From the human T2T-CHM13v2.0 reference genome, Homo sapiens, in NCBI RefSeq assembly GCF_009914755.1, contig NC_060941.1: a DNA stretch of 64,000 nucleotides. One strand, given 5' to 3'. How positions within the stretch are numbered: the stretch's first letter is position 1; every line of letters starts with the position of its first letter. Below the pieces are notes generated by a model, which had not been told where the DNA came from, did not search any database, and saw nothing but the letters and a program-made list of their open reading frames with translations. Positions 55,831 to 64,000 of this stretch are shown in pieces. Both the position numbers and the translations under genes were made by a program.

Positions 55831-57321
55831 TCACTTAAGATGGATTCAGCTTTCATTAGAATTATTCATCAAAATAATATAATACAAAAACCAAATAAAA
55901 TGTGGCTACACCATAAATTTTGGTAAATGATTAGCAAATATAAAAATTAAAAAATTTTGGAACGCTTCTCTTAATGAGACAGATGGACTTCTGTCCCAGC
56001 TTTGCCATGAATCTGTGAATGAACAGTTACCTGCTAGAATGTGACAGAGTTCAACATCAGTCATACACCTATTTTTTCACTTGTTCAGTTTGAAGTCCTG
56101 AGAAACCTTGCTTACATAAATAAGCAGATAGGAATGGAAAGGGTCTTTATGCAATTATTTGAACTCTTTCAAAGTTATAGACCAAAAAGCACAGTTATAT
56201 ATAATAAAAGTTATTGTAAATGACCCATCTGCTGACAACTGGATTTGTTCCACCTTCAGTTTGTTCAAATGAAGAATTGAAACTTATGTGACTCGTAGTG
56301 GGATTTGATATCCAGGAATTAAAGACAGTCTCACCTGAAATACCTACTTCAGTATTTTAAATTATCCCCTTGTTAATCCCTGGAGATATGGATCTATGGT
56401 CTATAGTAAGATGCAAGATTGTTGAAAGGGAACCTCTTGTGAAGTGGGAGAAGGGCTATTCTAAATAGGGACTCTTTGATCTCATGCTAGATCTTAGGAA
56501 GATCATATTTTGGAAACAGCCCAGGTAGAAGTTAAAGATCTGAAAATTAATTTCTTTAAAACCATCCATGGGAAAGTTCTGAGTTAGGAATTCCAAAGGC
56601 CTGCCTTCTACCAAAACAGTGAAACCACTGGCAAAAAACTGTCAAAATCACTCTTTATAGAACTCTGGAAAAGCTTGCAGCAAGCAGTAGAGCACATATT
56701 CAAGAAAAACTGCTGACACCAATAAGAAAAGCTTGCTCCAGGGTGCTTTAGCTTATCCTGGTTCCATCTCCTGCTTCCCTTGAAAACTCACAGCTGTTGT
56801 TCCCAGTGTGGTACTGAACAGATCAGAAATGAAGATATTCTCAGAGAGTTGGAACTGCTCATTTTGATCTGTCAGATTGCTCCCCAGAAGACTAGCTCCA
56901 AAGGATTGCCATTCTCTTGTCCACCTTGGAACTCACCCCAAACTGAAGCACCACCTCAGAGCAATTGTTGACAACATATATGGCAAATGTTCCAGGCCCA
57001 ACTGCCAAAGGGAATGGACAGTTGCTGGGGAAAACAACAGGTTAACCAAAACTTACTGGGAGAAAAGTCTGGAAATAAGATGTTTTAGGCAACAAGGGCT
57101 TTGGAAAATTGTTACAAATTCCTGGGAATCTTGAAGGCCGCACACATGCCCAGGGCTCTGTGCACCCTCAGAGAAGAGCTCAGACAGCTCTAAGCTCACC
57201 CTTGGCTGATCATGAGGTTCAACACAGGCAGGAAGTGAAGGTTAAGACCAGGTTGGAAACCACCTGGCTGAGCATTGAAGGAATGACCTCAAAATGCAAA
57301 CACTTCCTCTGCAAAGATTAG

Positions 57322-57621
57322 ATTTTTATTTTATTTTATTTTATTTCTTTAGACAGAGTCTTGCTCTGTCACCCAGGCTGGAGTACAGTAACATGATTAT
57401 AGCTCACTGCAGCCTCAAACTCTTGGGCTCAAGTGATTCTCCCACCTCAGCAGCTGGGAATACAGGTGTGTGCCACCACACTCAGCTAATTTTGAATTTT
57501 TTGTAGAGACGGGGTTTCACGATATTGCCCAGGCTGGTCGTGAACTCCTGGCCTCAAGTGATTCACCCATCTCAGCCTCCCAAAGTGCTGGCATTACAGA
57601 CAACAGCCACCGCACCTGGCC
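57322..57621 (-). mobile_element. AluJ-type element
   Basis: Full Alu; aagattagatttt on both flanks. Confidence 0.92.
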
Positions 57622-57629
57622 AAGATTAG

Positions 57630-57926
<297 letters not shown>

Positions 57927-59378
57927 TAAAATCAGCTCTTTTAAGTATGTCCAAAGAGCTACAAGAAACCATGTTCTAAAGAACTATGGTGAGGACGAAA
58001 ACAGTATCTCACCAAATAGAGAATATTAACAAAGAGATGGGAATTATAAAAAGAAATTCAGAAGTTAAAAAGCACAATAACTGCAATCAAAATTCAATGG
58101 AAGGCTCACCAGTGCATTTGATCAGGCAGAAGAAAAGAACTGACACCATGGTTTAGGTCACAGCATCCCAGATGCTGCAACTAGATTTTTCCTTTCTTAG
58201 GAACCTTGGGGTCCAAGGGTTGTAGTCCCACTGGTGTTCAACAACACACGGATCAATGTGTGTCCATGCAGTACATTTAATTCCGAACCCCCATTTGGGG
58301 GTACTGTCAGGCTTATAGATGCCTTCATATACATACATTATGAGATGCTAGGATATTCCTGCTGCTCATTACTAGGACAGAGCTCCAGCTGCCATTTCAA
58401 CAAAAAATCCCAAAAAGTCAACTAAATTCAACGCCTTCATCTGCACTCAATGAGCCTGTCTGCCCAGTGGGGATTGTGGACAGAGCAGAAGCATTATGAC
58501 ACGTTACGTGTTGGGGTTTTTAGTGCTAAGTTTGTGTGATGAGAATTGCTGAACCCTCTGATGTGGGGTGAGTCATTAAATTGTCTCCCCTGCCACTGAA
58601 TAGATTCCAACATAGCCTGGCCACACGTCCAAGGGTGTGGGGGACAGAGGGGGAGCCGAAGCACTGATGCTCCCTGATCCTTTGATCAGTCAAGATGACT
58701 AAGGTGGGTGCACACAGAAGGCGGGGGCAGGAAAGTGCTGGGGTGGATGTTGGAGAACCGACACTAGTGGAGCTAACCCAAAATCACTAAATCAGGGATT
58801 TCAGATGGCGTCTACTGTTAGGGAGATGAGAATCCTCATGTGAGATGAGTCAGGTTCTCCTGGGAATTGCCATGGGGCAGGGGGTTGGGGGGGAGTTAAA
58901 TGGCACTCCTGAACACTAGGGCTAATTAATAATAAAGCCCTATATTTCCATTTTACTGCCAATCACATGGAGACATAAACATCTTCCTGATGGGAGCCAT
59001 AGCCAAAGCCTTTCCACTTGCAAGAGCTCCGACTTCCCTTCAGTGCATGCGGGTTGACCAGGGAGACTACAAGAGGGGGCAGGGGTGAGATTCGTGGCAG
59101 GTGAGCCTGGGAGCAGAGCAGAGAGAAGCACTGTTGTACCATGGCTTCTTTTTCCAATTTTGCTTTTTTTTTAAATTATACTTTAAGTTCTAGGGTATAT
59201 GTGCACAACGTGCAGGTTTCTTACATATGTATACATATGCCATGGTGGTGTGCTGCACCCATTAACTCGTCATTTACATTAGGTATATCTCCTAATGCTA
59301 TCCCTCTCCCTTCCCCCCACCCCACGACAGGCCCCAGTGTGTGATGTTCCTCTTCCTGTGTCCAAGTGTTCTCATTGT

Positions 59379-63199
<3,821 letters not shown>

Positions 63200-63262
63200 T
63201 ATGATGTTAGCTGGTTATTTTGCTCATTAGTTGATGCAGTTTCTTTCTAGCATCGAAGGCCT

Positions 63263-64000
63263 TTACAATTCAGCATGTTTTTGCAGTGGCTGGTACTGGT
63301 TGTTCCTTTCCATGTTTAGTGCTTCCTTTAGGAGCTCTTGTAAGGCAGGCCTGGTGTCACAAAATCTCTCAGCATTTGCTTGTCTTTAAAGGATTTTATT
63401 TCTCCTTCACTTGTGAAGCTTAGTTTGGCTGGATATGAAATTCTGGGTTGAAAATTCTTTTCTTTAAGAATGTTGAATATTGGCCCCCACTCTCTTCAGG
63501 CTTGTAGAGTTTCTGCTGAGAGATCCACTGTTAGTCTGATGGGCTTCCCTTTGTGGATAACCCAACCTTTCTCTCTGGCTGCCCTTAACATTTTTTCCTT
63601 TAATTCAACTTTGGTGAATGTGACAACTATGTGTCTTGGAGTTACTCTTCTTGAGGAGTTTCTTTGTGGCATTCTCTGTATTTCCTGAATTGGAATGTTG
63701 GCCTGCCTTGCTAGATTAGGGCAGTTCTCCTGGATAATATCCTGCAGAGTGTTTTTCAACTTGGTTCCATTCTCCCCATCACTTTCAGGTACACCAATCC
63801 AATGTAGATTTGGTCTTTTCATGTAGTCCCATATTTCTTGGAGGTTTTGTTCATTTCTTTTTATTCTTTTTTCTCTAAACTTCTCTTCTCACTTCATTTT
63901 ATTCATTTGATCTTCAATCACTGATAGATTTCTTCCAGTTGATCTGAAGCTTGTGCATTCATCACGTAGTTCTTGTGCCATGGTTTTCAGTTCCATCAGG
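63263..64000 (-). pseudogene. L1 ORF1p C-terminal part, disrupted
   Basis: KRPNLHWIGVPESDGENGTKLKNTLQDIIQEN...GKPIRLTVDLSAETLQA with a premature stop; canonical stop at 63263. Confidence 0.93.

Overview
Primate genomic DNA (AluJ, AluS and AluY plus L1PA point to a catarrhine, human-like genome; I could not identify the species or locus). I see no intact protein-coding gene: the long ORFs in the track are Alu read-throughs, fragments of a dead L1PA, or unexplained chance-like frames. Much of the window is transposon-derived. It holds about 20 Alus, old L1M/L2/MIR fragments, Tigger/hAT DNA transposons, a dense nested set of ERV1 (MER4/MER34-group) LTRs between 10 and 49 kb, a decayed minus-strand provirus at about 33.8-41.2 kb with a tRNA-Ser-like PBS, and a minus-strand L1PA running off the right edge. 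The most notable non-TE feature is a CpG island at about 15.3-17.2 kb with a TATA box, MYB-type sites and a splice donor. By eye it is built from three heavily diverged tandem copies of an approximately 0.6-0.8 kb module (AT-rich block plus GC-rich promoter-like block). A fourth copy at about 21.4-22.4 kb is separated from them almost entirely by later TE insertions. One hypothesis is a germline lncRNA or pachytene-piRNA-cluster promoter. Repeat subfamily names come from remembered consensus sequences, not from a search, and should be confirmed with RepeatMasker/Dfam.
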